From positions 1 to 64,000 of the forward strand of contig CAXHJY010001706.1 of the NCBI GenBank assembly GCA_964016885.1: 64,000 bases of DNA, written 5' to 3'. The position numbers were made by a program, and so were the translations under genes. The stretch is from Eledone cirrhosa (taxonomy: Eukaryota). Shown one piece after another: positions 35,500-47,249 of the stretch. The notes under the pieces were generated by a model. That model was not told where the DNA came from. It worked only from the letters and a program-made list of their open reading frames with translations, and did not search any database. Position 1 is the stretch's first letter. Every line of letters starts with the position of its first letter.

Positions 35500-37295
35500 A
35501 CAAAAGTACCACAGACGCTCTTTTCATTGTACGACAACTACAGGAGAAGTACCTAGCTAAAAGTAAACCCTATACTTAGCTTTCGTCGACTTGGAGAAAG
35601 CCTTCGACAGAGTCCCCCGTTCCATTATCTGGTGGTCTCTTAGAAAACTAGGTGTTGACGAATGGCTTGTGAGAGCTATACAAGCCATGTATAAAGAAAC
35701 AGTCAGTAAGGTTAGAATTAACAACGAATATAGTGAAGAGTTTAGCGTAAAAGTTGGTGTCCATCAGGGCTCTGTTCTTAGCCCCCTACTATTTATTATT
35801 GCCCTTCAGGCTATAACAGAGGAGTTCAAGACTGGCTGCCCATGGGAACTCCTATACGCAGATGATCTAACGCTCATAGCTGAATCAATGACCGAACTAG
35901 AGAAGAAATTCCAAACGTGGAAGCACGGCCTAGAATCAAAAGGCCTTAAAATTAACCTGGCTAAGACTAAAGTTCTAGTTTGTAGGAAAGAAAATAAGGC
36001 GGCGGTCCCATCGGGGAAATGGCCATGCACAGTGTGTAGGAAAGGCGTAGGTAGAAACTCCATTTTATGTCCCAAATGCAAAGTATGGGTGCATAAAAGA
36101 TGTAGTGGGATCACAGGTAAGCTAACTAAGAACATAGATTTTACATGTGGCCGGTGCTCTGGTGCAATAAGTAGCAGCAAGTGCCCACAAAATACTAGCT
36201 CCTTCAACTGCGCAGAGGGTTCTATAGAAATAGTGGACAGCTTCCGTTATCTGGGTGACAAAATCAGCAGTGGGGGAGGGTGCTCTGAAAGTACAGTAGC
36301 TAGAGTCAGAACTGGATGGAAAAAGTTCAGAGAGCTTATACCACTATTAGCCGCTAGAGGGTTCTCCCTAAAAATGAAAGGCAGGTTATACGATGCCTGC
36401 ATACGAACAGCAATGCTGCATGGCAGTGAGACCTGGGCATTGTGTGCAGAGGATATACGCAGACTAGAGAGGAACGAAGCTTGCATGCTCCGCTGGATGT
36501 GCAATAGTAATATACGTGAACGGCAAAGCATAAACGAACTAAGGAAAAAATTAGAAATAAGAGGGATCAGATGTTGTTTACTCGAGAGAAGGCTACGTTG
36601 GTACGGTCACGTGATGCGCATGAAAGACGACAGCTGTATGACAAAGTGCAGGGCAATAAAGATAGACGGTAGCCACGGAGTAGGCAGACCCAGAAAAACA
36701 TGGGACGAGCTGATAAATTCCGACCTCACACGCTTACACCTCTCCAAGACAATGTCACTGGACCGAGACCTTTGGCGGTACTCAGTAATAGAGAAGACCC
36801 GCCTTACCTAAATACAAAGTAAAAACCTACTACAGTCAGTAGGCATCTCTATCAAAACACACCCCCGTCCCACCACCTCCACCCCACCCACACCGCCCCT
36901 TTCAATGTAAAGTTATGTTGGTCCCACAACATCCAGGCCGAAACAAATGAGATCGTGTAGGTGTCACGACAAAAAACACACAGTCCACGCTGTAAATGTG
37001 GCCGTGTAGGCAACACGGTAAAAACCTCCCAGCCCCACACTGTAAATGTGGTTGGTGTTAGGAAGGGCATCCAGCTGTAGAAAACCCGCCAGACAGTCCA
37101 CGCTGTAATGTGGCCGTGTAGGCAACACGGTAAAAACCTCCCAGCCCCACACTGTAAATGTGGTTGGTGTTAGGAAGGGCATCCAGCTGTAGAAAACCCG
37201 CCAGACAGTCCTATGCGAGCAAGACAACCACTCTTGCCTCAAGTGGGAAAACCCCCGTCCAAACCCATGCAAGCGTGGAACACGGACGCTAAACC

Positions 37296-37328
<33 letters not shown>
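35500..37328 (+). mobile_element. RTE LINE, 5'-truncated, RT largely open; 3'UTR with a 112-bp tandem duplication and (GAT)n tail
   Basis: ORF 35591-36811: EKAFDRV, GVHQGSVLSP, YADD, FRYLG, RLRWYGHV, GRPRKTW. Duplication at 36980-37205. Confidence 0.93.
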
Positions 37329-37329
<1 letters not shown>

Positions 37330-37332
37330 ATG

Positions 37333-37417
<85 letters not shown>

Positions 37418-37420
37418 GTG

Positions 37421-37471
<51 letters not shown>

Positions 37472-37504
37472 GTATATATATATTTATATATATATATATA
37501 TATG

Positions 37505-37582
<78 letters not shown>

Positions 37583-37758
37583 CAGCATACAAAAGATAGC
37601 ACTACTAGGCACTGCACACATATTACAAAAAGTACTTTCAATACAATAGAAACAACATCAGCAAAAACTACACTGCACATACCCAAGGTGCACAGAGCTG
37701 TGCTCGGTAAAGCAGTAATGATGGGCAGTAAAATAAATAATGAAAATAATAATAATAA
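37583..37758 (+). mobile_element. R4/Dong-like non-LTR element 3' tip
   Basis: [18 protein letters not shown] resembles the R4/Dong C-terminus; short 3'UTR ending in (AAT)n. Confidence 0.65.
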
Positions 37759-38046
37759 TGATGATGATGATGATGATGATATAAAAAATCTTTTTCTTCC
37801 TCTGTCTTGCCGGTTTCCTCCCTGTAATGTTGATAATCTCTGGTTATTCTAGAAAGGTAGAGAAGATAATCTGGTTATTAGTAACTTGATGTTACACATT
37901 GATAAGTTAGGAGTTTCTAATACTTAAATATTCCTTCTTTCTCTTTCTCTTCACTCTCTTTCACCTCTTCCTCACTTTCTAACTTTCTTGGCTTCCTCTT
38001 TCAACGGATGCACTTCTTTCTTTCTTTCATTATTTATTTTAAATAA

Positions 38047-38194
38047 AGGGCGGTGGATTGGCAGTATCGGTAGAGGGTTGCATGCCATGCTTTGACGTAT
38101 AGAGTTAGGGCCCTTGCCATTCTGAGTTCAAATCCCGCCGAGGTTGACTTTGCCTTTCATCCTTACGGGGTCGATAAAATAAAGTACCAGTAAT
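38047..38194 (+). mobile_element. SINE family B
   Basis: TGGCAGTATCGGTAGAG...GAGTTCAAATCCCGCCGAGGTTGACTTTGCC. Confidence 0.8.
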
Positions 38195-39201
38195 ACCACC
38201 CCACTTCTACCACCACCACATCTACCCCCTTCTACCACCCCCACTTCTACCACCACCCCTTCTACCACCACCACTTCTACCAGCCCACTTCTACCACCAC
38301 CACTTCTACCACCAGCACTTCTACCACCCCAATTTCTACCACCACCACTTCCACCCCCCCCCCTCTACCAACCCCCGCTTCTACCCCCCAGCCCCACTTC
38401 TACCACCGCAACTTCTCCCCCCGCTTCTACCACCACACTTCTCCCCCCCGCTTCTACCACCACCACTTCTATCACCCCTACTTCTAAAGCCCCCCTTCTA
38501 TCAGCACCACTTCTAACACCTCAATTTCTACCACCACCACTTCTACCACCAAATACTTCTACCATCCCCCTATCAGAACCACTTCTATTACCTCCATTTC
38601 TACCCCCCCTCTACCACCACCATTTCTACTACCACCATTTCTACCACTACCACTTCTATCACCACCATTTCTATTACCCCCACTTCTACCACTACCTCTT
38701 CCACCACTGCCACTTCTATCACCACCACCTCTACCACCACCTCTTCTACCACCACCAGTTCTAACACCCCACTTCTTCCACCACCACTTCTACCACCACC
38801 ATTTCTACCACCACCTCTTCTACCACCACCACATCTACCACCACCCCTTCTACCACCGCCACTTCTACCCCCCACTTCTACCACCACATCTTCTACCACC
38901 ACCCCTTCTACCACCCCATTCTACCACCACCTCTTCTACCACCCCACTTCTACCACCACCAGTTCTACCATCACCTCTTCTACCACCGCCACTTCTACCA
39001 CCCCACTTCTACCACCACCTCTTCTACCACCACCACTTCTACCACCACCTCTTCTACCACCACCACCACTTCTACCACCCCACTTCTACTCGCACCAGTT
39101 CTACCACCACCTCTTCTACCACCGCCACATCTACCACCATCTCTTCTAGCACCACCCCTACTATCACCACCACTTCTACCACCCCACTTCTACCACCACC
39201 A
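38195..39201. repeat. Degenerate 12-15-bp repeat (CCACCACCACTTCTA)n
   Basis: Direct reading. Confidence 0.92.
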
Positions 39202-42200
39202 CTGATGTTCTGATGCCTCTGTCTCATGTTATGATAACTCTGTCTGATGTTCTGATCCCTCTGTCTGATGTCCTGATGCCTCTGTCTGATGTCCTGATGC
39301 CTCTGTCTGATGTTCTGATCCCTCTGTCTGATGTTCTGATCCCTCTGTCTGATGTCCTGATGCCTCTGTCTGATGTCCTGATGCCTCTGTCTCATGTTCT
39401 GATGCCTCTGTCTCGTGTTATGATGCCTCTGTCTGATGTCCTGAGGCCTCTGTCTGATGTTCTCATGCCTCTGTCTGATGCTATGAGGCCTCTGTCTGAT
39501 GTTCTGATGCCTCTGTCTGGTGTCCTGATTCCTCTGTCTGATGTCCTGATGCCTCTGTCTGGTGTCCTGATGCCTCTGTCTGATGTTCTGATGCCTCTGT
39601 CTGATGTCCTGATGCCTCTGTCTGATGTACTGATCCCTCTGTCTGATGTACTGATCCCTCTGTCTGATGTTCTGATGCATCTGTCTGATGTCCTGGGGCC
39701 TCTGTCTGATGTTCTCATGCCTCTGTCTGATGTTATGAGGCCTCTGTCTGGTGTTCTGATGCCTCTGTCTGATGTTCTGATCCCTCTGTCTGATGTCCTG
39801 ATGCCTCTGTCTGATGTTCTGATGCCTCTGTCTGATATCCTGAGGCCTGTGCCTGATGTTCTGATCCCTCTGTCTGATGTCCTGATGCCTCTGTCTGATG
39901 TCCTGATGCCTCTGTCTGGTGCTCTGATGCCTCTGTCTGATGTTCTGATGCCTCTGTCTGATGTCCTGAGGCCTCTGTCTGATGTTCTCATGCCTCTGTC
40001 TGATGTTATGAGGCCTCTGTCTGGTGCTCTGATGCCTCTGTCTGATGTCCTGATGCCTCTATCTGATGTTCTGATGCCTCTGTCTGATGTACTGATGCCT
40101 CTGTCTGATGTCCTGATGCCTCTGTCTGATGTTCTCATGCCTCTGTCTGATGTTATGAGGCCTCTGTCTGGTGCTCTGATGCCTCTGTCTGATGTTCTGA
40201 TTCCTCTGTCTGATCTTCTGATGCCTCTGTCTGATGTTCTTAGGCCTCTGTCTGATGTCCTGATGCCTCTGTCTGATGTCCTGATGCCTCTGTCTGATGG
40301 TCTGATGCCTCTGTCTGGTGTCCTGATGCCTCTGTCTGATGGTCTGATGCCTCTGTCTGATGTTCTGATGCCTCTGTCTGATGTCCTGATGCCTCTGTCT
40401 GATGGTCTGATGCCTCTGTCTGATGTTCTGAGGCCTCTGTCTGATGTCCTGATGCCTCTGTCTGATGTCCTGATGCCTCTGTCTGATGTTCTGAGGCCTC
40501 TGTCTGATGTCCTGATGCCTATGTCTGATGGTCTGATGCCTCTGTCTGGTGTCCTGATGCCTCTGTCTGATTTTATGAGGCCTCTGTCTGATGTCCTGAT
40601 GCCTCTGTCTGATGTTCTGATGCCTCTGTCTGATGTCCTGATGCCTCTGTCTGATGTTCTGTAACCTCTGTCTGATGTTCTGTAACCTCTGTCTGATGTT
40701 CTGATACCTCTGTCTGATGTTCTGATGCCTCTGTCTGATGTTCTGATAACTCTGTCTGATGTCCTGATGCCTCTGTCTGATGTTCTGTAACCTCTGTCTG
40801 ATGTTCTGAGGCCTCGGTCTGATATTCTGATGCCTCTGTCTGATGTCCTGATGCCTCTGTCTGATGTCCTGATAACTCTGTCTGATGTCCTGATGCCTCT
40901 GTCTGGTGTCCTGATGCCTATGTCTGATCTTCTGAGGCCTCTGTCTGATGTCCTGATGCCTCTGTCTGGTGTTCTGTAACCTCTGTCTGGTGTTCTGTAA
41001 CCTCTGTCTGATGTTCTGATACCTCTGTCTGATGTTCTGATGCCTCTGTCTGATGTTCTGATAACTCTGTCTGATGTCCTGATGCCTCTGTCTGATGTTC
41101 TGTAACCTCTGTCTGATGTTCTGAGGCCTCGGTCTGATATTCTGATGCCTCTGTCTGATGTCCTGATGCCTCTGTCTGATGTCCTGATAACTCTGTCTGA
41201 TGTCCTGATGCCTCTGTCTGGTGTCCTGATGCCTATGTCTGATCTTCTGAGGCCTCTGTCTGATGTCCTGATGCCTCTGTCTGGTGTTCTGATGCCTCTG
41301 TCTGATGTTCTGTAACCTCTGTCTGGTGTTCTGATGCCTCTGTCTGATGTTCTGTAACCTCTGTCTGATGTTCTGAGGCCTCTGTCTGATGTTCTGAGGC
41401 CTCTGTCTGATCTTCTGATGCCTCTGTCTGATCTTCTGATGCCTCTGTCTGATGTTCTGTAACCTCTGTCTGATGTTCTGTAACCTCTGTCTGATGTTCT
41501 GATACCTCTGTCTGATGTTCTGATGCCTCTGTCTGATCTACTGATGCCTCTGTCTGATGTTCTGATGCCTCTGTCTGATGTTCTGATGCCTCTGTCTGAT
41601 GTTCTGAGGCCTCTGTCTGATGTTCTGATGCCTCTGTCTGATCTACTGATGCCTCTGTCTGATGTTCTGAGGCCTCTGTCTGATCTACTGATGCCTCTGT
41701 CTGATGTTCTGGTGCCTCTGTCTGGTGTCCTGATGCCTCTGTCTGATGTTCTGAGGCCACTGTCTGATGTTCTGATGCCTCTTATCTGATGTTGTGATGC
41801 CTCTGTCTGATGTTCTGAGGCCTCTGTCTGATGTTCTGATGCCTCTGTCTGATGTCCTGATGCCTCTGTCTGATGTTCTGTAACCTCTGTCTGATGTTCT
41901 GTACCCTCTGTCTGATGTTCTGATACCTCTGTCTGATGTTCTGATGCCTCTGTCTGATGTTCTGTAACCTCTGTCTGATGTTCTGAAGCCTCGGTCTGAT
42001 ATTCTGATGCCTCTGTCTGGTGTCCTGATGCCTCTGTCTGATGTCCTGATAACTCTGTCTGATGTCCTGATGCCTCTGTCTGATGTTCTGAGGCCTCTGT
42101 CTGATGTCCTGATGCCTATGTCTGATGGTCTGATGCCTCTGTCTGGTGTCCTGATGCCTCTGTCTGATTTTATGAGGCCTCTGTCTGATGTCCTGATGCC

Positions 42201-45200
42201 TCTGTCTGATGTCCTGATGCCTCTGTCTGATGTTCTGTAACCTCTGTCTGATGTTCTGTAACCTCTGTCTGATGTTCTGATACCTCTGTCTGATGTTCTG
42301 ATGCCTCTGTCTGATGTTCTGATAACTCTGTCTGATGTCCTGATGCCTCTGTCTGATGTTCTGTAACCTCTGTCTGATGTTCTGAGGCCTCGGTCTGATA
42401 TTCTGATGCCTCTGTCTGATGTCCTGATGCCTCTGTCTGATGTCCTGATAACTCTGTCTGATGTCCTGATGCCTCTGTCTGGTGTCCTGATGCCTATGTC
42501 TGATCTTCTGAGGCCTCTGTCTGATGTCCTGATGCCTCTGTCTGGTGTTCTGATGCCTCTGTCTGATGTTCTGTAACCTCTGTCTGGTGTTCTGATGCCT
42601 CTGTCTGATGTTCTGTAACCTCTGTCTGATGTTCTGAGGCCTCTGTCTGATGTTCTGAGGCCTCTGTCTGATCTTCTGATGCCTCTGTCTGATCTTCTGA
42701 TGCCTCTGTCTGATGTTCTGTAACCTCTGTCTGATGTTCTGTAACCTCTGTCTGATGTTCTGATACCTCTGTCTGATGTTCTGATGCCTCTGTCTGATCT
42801 ACTGATGCCTCTGTCTGATGTTCTGATGCCTCTGTCTGATGTTCTGATGCCTCTGTCTGATGTTCTGAGGCCTCTGTCTGATGTTCTGATGCCTCTGTCT
42901 GATCTACTGATGCCTCTGTCTGATGTTCTGAGGCCGCTGTCTGATGTTCTGATGCCTCTGTCTGATCTACTGATGCCTCTGTCTGATGTTCTGGTGCCTC
43001 TGTCTGGTGTCCTGATGCCTCTGTCTGATGTTCTGAGGCCACTGTCTGATGTTCTGATGCCTCTTATCTGATGTTGTGATGCCTCTGTCTGATGTTCTGA
43101 GGCCTCTGTCTGATGTTCTGATGCCTCTGTCTGATGTCCTGATGCCTCTGTCTGATGTTCTGTAACCTCTGTCTGATGTTCTGTACCCTCTGTCTGATGT
43201 TCTGATACCTCTGTCTGATGTTCTGATGCCTCTGTCTGATGTCCTGATGCCTCTGTCTGATGTTCTGTAACCTCTGTCTGATGTTCTGAAGCCTCGGTCT
43301 GATATTCTGATGCCTCTGTCTGGTGTCCTGATGCCTCTGTCTGATGTCCTGATAACTCTGTCTGATGTCCTGATGCCTCTGTCTGGTGTCCTGATGCCTA
43401 TGTCTGATCTTCTGAGGCCTCTGTCTGATGTCCTGATGCGTCTGTCTGGTGTTCTGATGCCTCTGTCTGATGTTCTGTAACCTCTGTCTGGTGTTCTGAT
43501 GCCTCTGTCTGATGTTCTGTAACCTCTGTCTGATGTTCTGAGGCCTCTGTCTGATGTTCTGAGGCCTCTGTCTGATGTTCTGATGCCTCTGTCTGATCTT
43601 CTGATGCCTCTGTCTGATCTTCTGTAACCTCTGTCTGATGTTCTGTAACCTCTGTCTGATGTTCTGATACCTCTGTCTGATGTTCTGATGCCTCTGTCTG
43701 ATCTACTGATGCCTCTGTCTGATGTTCTGATGCCTCTGTCTGATGTTCTGATGCCTCTGTCTGATGTTCTGAGGCCTCTGTCTGATGTTCTGATGCCTCT
43801 GTCTGATCTACTGATGCCTCTGTCTGATGTTCTGAGGCCTCTGTCTGATGTTCTGATGCCTCTGTCTGATCTACTGATGCCTCTGTCTGATGTTCTGGTG
43901 CCTCTGTCTGGTGTCCTGATGCCTCTGTCTGATGTTCTGAGGCCACTGTCTGATGTTCTGATGCCTCTTATCTGATGTTGTGATGCCTCTGTCTGATGTT
44001 CTGAGGCCTCTGTCTGATGTTCTGAGGCCTCTGTCTGATGTTCTGATGCCTCTGTCTGATGTTCTGTAACCTCTGTCTGATCTTCTGATGCCTCTGTCTG
44101 ATCTTCTGAGGCCTCTGTCTGAGGTTCTGATGCCTCTGTCTGATGTCCTGATGCCTCTGTCTGATGTTCTGAGGCCTCTGTCTGATGTTCTGTAGCCTCT
44201 GTCTGGTGTCCTAATGCTTCTGTCTGATGTTCTGATACCTCTGTCTGATGTTCTGAGGCCTCTGTCTGATGTTCTGAGGCCTCTGTCTGATGTTCTCATG
44301 CCTCTGTCTGGTGTGCTGATGCTTCTGTCTGATGTCCTGATAACTCTGTCTGATGTTCTGATGCCTCTGTCTGATGTTCTGATGCCTCTGTCTGATGTCC
44401 TGATGCCTCTGTCTGATGTTCTGATTCCTCTGTCTGATGTTCTGATGCCTCTGTCTGATGTCCTGATGCCTCTGTCTGATGTTCTGATACCTCTGTCTGA
44501 TGTTCTGATGCCTCTGTCAGATGTTCTGATGCCTCTGTCTGATGTTCTGATACCTCTGTCTGATGTTCTGATGCCTCTGTCTGATGTTCTGATGCCTCTG
44601 TCTGATGTTCTGAGGCCTCTGACTGATGTTCTGATGCCTCTATCTGATGTCTGATGCCTCTGTCTGGTGTCCTGATAACTCTGTCTAATGTTCTGATGCC
44701 TCTGTCCGATGTCCTGATAACTCTGTCTAATGTTCTAATACCTCTGTCTGATGTTCTGATACCTCTGTCTGATGTTCTGATGCCTCTGTCTGATGTCTTG
44801 ATGCCTCTGTCTGATGTTCTGAGGCCTCTGTCTGATCTTCTGTGTCCTCTGTTTGGTGTTCTGATACCTCTGTCTGATGTTCTGAGGCCTCTGTCTGACG
44901 TTCTGAGGCCTCTGTCTGACGTTCTGAGGCCTCCGTCTGATGTTCTGTGTCCTCTGTCTGATGTCATGATGCCTCTGTCTGATGTTCTGATGCCTCTGTC
45001 TGATGTTCTGAGGCATCTGTCTGATGTTCTGATACCTCTGTCTGATGTTCTGATGCCTCTGTCTGATGTTCTGAGGCCTCTGTCTGATGTTCTGATGCCT
45101 CTGTCTGATGTTCTGAGGCCTCTGTCTGATGTTCTGAGATCTCTGTCTGATGTTCTGAGGCCTCTGTCTGATGTTCTGAGGCCTCTGTCTGATGTTCTCA

Positions 45201-46257
45201 TGCCTCTGTCTGGTGTGCTGATGCTTCTGTCTGATGTCCTGATAACTCTGTCTGATGTTCTGATGCCTCTGTCTGATGTTCTGATGCCTCTGTCTGATGT
45301 CCTGATGCCTCTGTCTGATGTTCTGATTCCTCTGTCTGATGTTCTGATGCCTCTGTCTGATGTCCTGATGCTTCTGTCTGATGTTCTGATACCTCTGTCT
45401 GATGTTCTGATGCCTCTGTCAGATGTTCTGATGCCTCTGTCTGATGTTCTGATACCTCTGTCTGATGTTCTGATGCCTCTGTCTGATGTTCTGATGCCTC
45501 TGTCTGATGTTCTGAGGCCTCTGACTGATGTTCTGATGCCTCTATCTGATGTCTGATGCCTCTGTCTGGTGTCCTGATAACTCTGTCTAATGTTCTGATG
45601 CCTCTGTCTGATGTCCTGATAACTCTGTCTAATGTTCTAATACCTCTGTCTGATGTTCTGATACCTCTGTCTGATGTTCTGATGCCTCTGTCTGATGTCT
45701 TGATGCCTCTGTCTGATGTTCTGAGGCCTCTGTCTGACGTTCTGAGGCCTCTGTCTGACGTTCTGAGGCCTCCGTCTGATGTTCTGTGTCCTCTGTCTGA
45801 TGTCATGATGCCTCTGTCTGATGTTCTGATGCCTCTGTCTGATGTTCTGAGGCATCTGTCTGATGTTCTGATACCTCTGTCTGATGTTCTGATGCCTCTG
45901 TCTGATGTTCTGAGGCCTCTGTCTGATGTTCTGATGCCTCTGTCTGATGTTCTGAGGCCTCTGTCTGATGTTCTGAGATCTCTGTCTGATGTTCTGAGGC
46001 CTCTGTCTGATGTTCTGAGGCCTCTGTCTGATGTTCTGAGGCCTCTGTCTGATGTTCTGAGGCCTCTGTCTGATGTTCTGAGATCTCTGTCTGATGCTCT
46101 GAGGCCTCTGTCTGATGTTCTGAGGCCTCTGTCTGATGTTCTGAGGCCTCTGTCTGATGTTCTGAGGCCTCTGTCTGATGTTCTGAGATCTCTGTCTGAT
46201 GTTCTGAGGCCTCTGTCTGATGTTCTGAGGCCTCTGTCTGATGTTCTGAGGCCTCTG
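39202..46257. repeat. 21-bp minisatellite (CTGATGCCTCTGTCTGATGTT)n, about 335 copies, with higher-order blocks
   Basis: About 7.06 kb / 21 bp; variant patterns recur at offsets of about 1261, 904 and 902 bp. Confidence 0.97.
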
Positions 46258-46299
46258 CCAGTTCACCGCCAATTATAAGGGTTTCTGATTCGAACACAA

Positions 46300-46485
46300 G
46301 GTCGACAGTTTTAGGGGAGGGAAAATCGATTCAATAGACTCCAGTGCGTGACTGGTACTTTATTTTATCAACTCCGTATGGATGAAAGGCAAAGTTAACC
46401 TCGGCAGGATTTGGATTCGGAATGTAAAGGGACGTAACTCCACATTGCAAAGCATTTTGTCTGACACTCGACTGATTCTGCCCAA
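46300..46485 (-). mobile_element. Diverged SINE family B
   Basis: CTGGTACTTTATTTTATCAAC...GATGAAAGGCAAAGTTAACCTCGGC. Confidence 0.7.
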
Positions 46486-46862
46486 ACCAATTATAATATA
46501 GTTATAAACACTTTAAAACTACAAGTGCAAGTTCTGTATGACAGAAAAAAAGGGAGATGTGGAAGATGGTATAAAAAAATTGACAAAATAGTTTGGCTGA
46601 TATTTCAAAACTTTCTGTCCCAACAACATATTTCATATAATTCGCAAATTATGTCTGACGGCAAATAATTATTAGAAACTGTGGAGGAAAGCTATATTTG
46701 TGTTGTAAGAAGTCTGGGAATCTAACAAAAAGGAAAGCTAGTCAAATAGAAGCAAGACTTCCATGGATAAGTATGTCTACAGAGGTAAGATTATCAAATA
46801 CTGCTTTGCAACCCATAAATCAAATAGCTCTTCTTATGAAGGAATGGCTGTTAAACCCACTT

Positions 46863-46989
<127 letters not shown>

Positions 46990-46995
46990 ATATAT

Positions 46996-47162
46996 ATAAA
47001 TGTAATCCGAGTTTTTCGAATATTAATAATAATATTTTTAAAGCCATGCCAGTAGAATGAACCCCTCATTATACTGACATGGCTTTAAAAGTGAGGCTGT
47101 TTGCATAATTGCAAACGAATTGAATATTATTATTAATATTCGAAAACTGACATTACATTTAT
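46996..47162. repeat. Branched fold-back next to (TA)n
   Basis: Outer arms TTTTCGAATATTAATAATAATATT / AATATTATTATTAATATTCGAAAA enclose hairpins TTTTAAAGCCATG...CATGGCTTTAAAA and GTTTGCA-taat-TGCAAAC. Confidence 0.8.
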
Positions 47163-47249
47163 TGTATTTAGCCATGTAGAGCGATAATTAAAAAAAAAAT
47201 TATAATTGGAGCAACCCCGAATTAATAAATGAATATGAATTCGCGAGCT

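Noticed and set aside
39202-46257. CRISPR-like array
   Set aside because: Contiguous repeats without unique spacers, eukaryotic context, no cas genes.
39072-46297. Heptad-repeat ORFs (LMPLSDV, RQRHQNI, EHQTEAS, RTSDRGI)
   Set aside because: A by-product of the 21-bp monomer; indels and stops are tolerated and there are no unique coding flanks.
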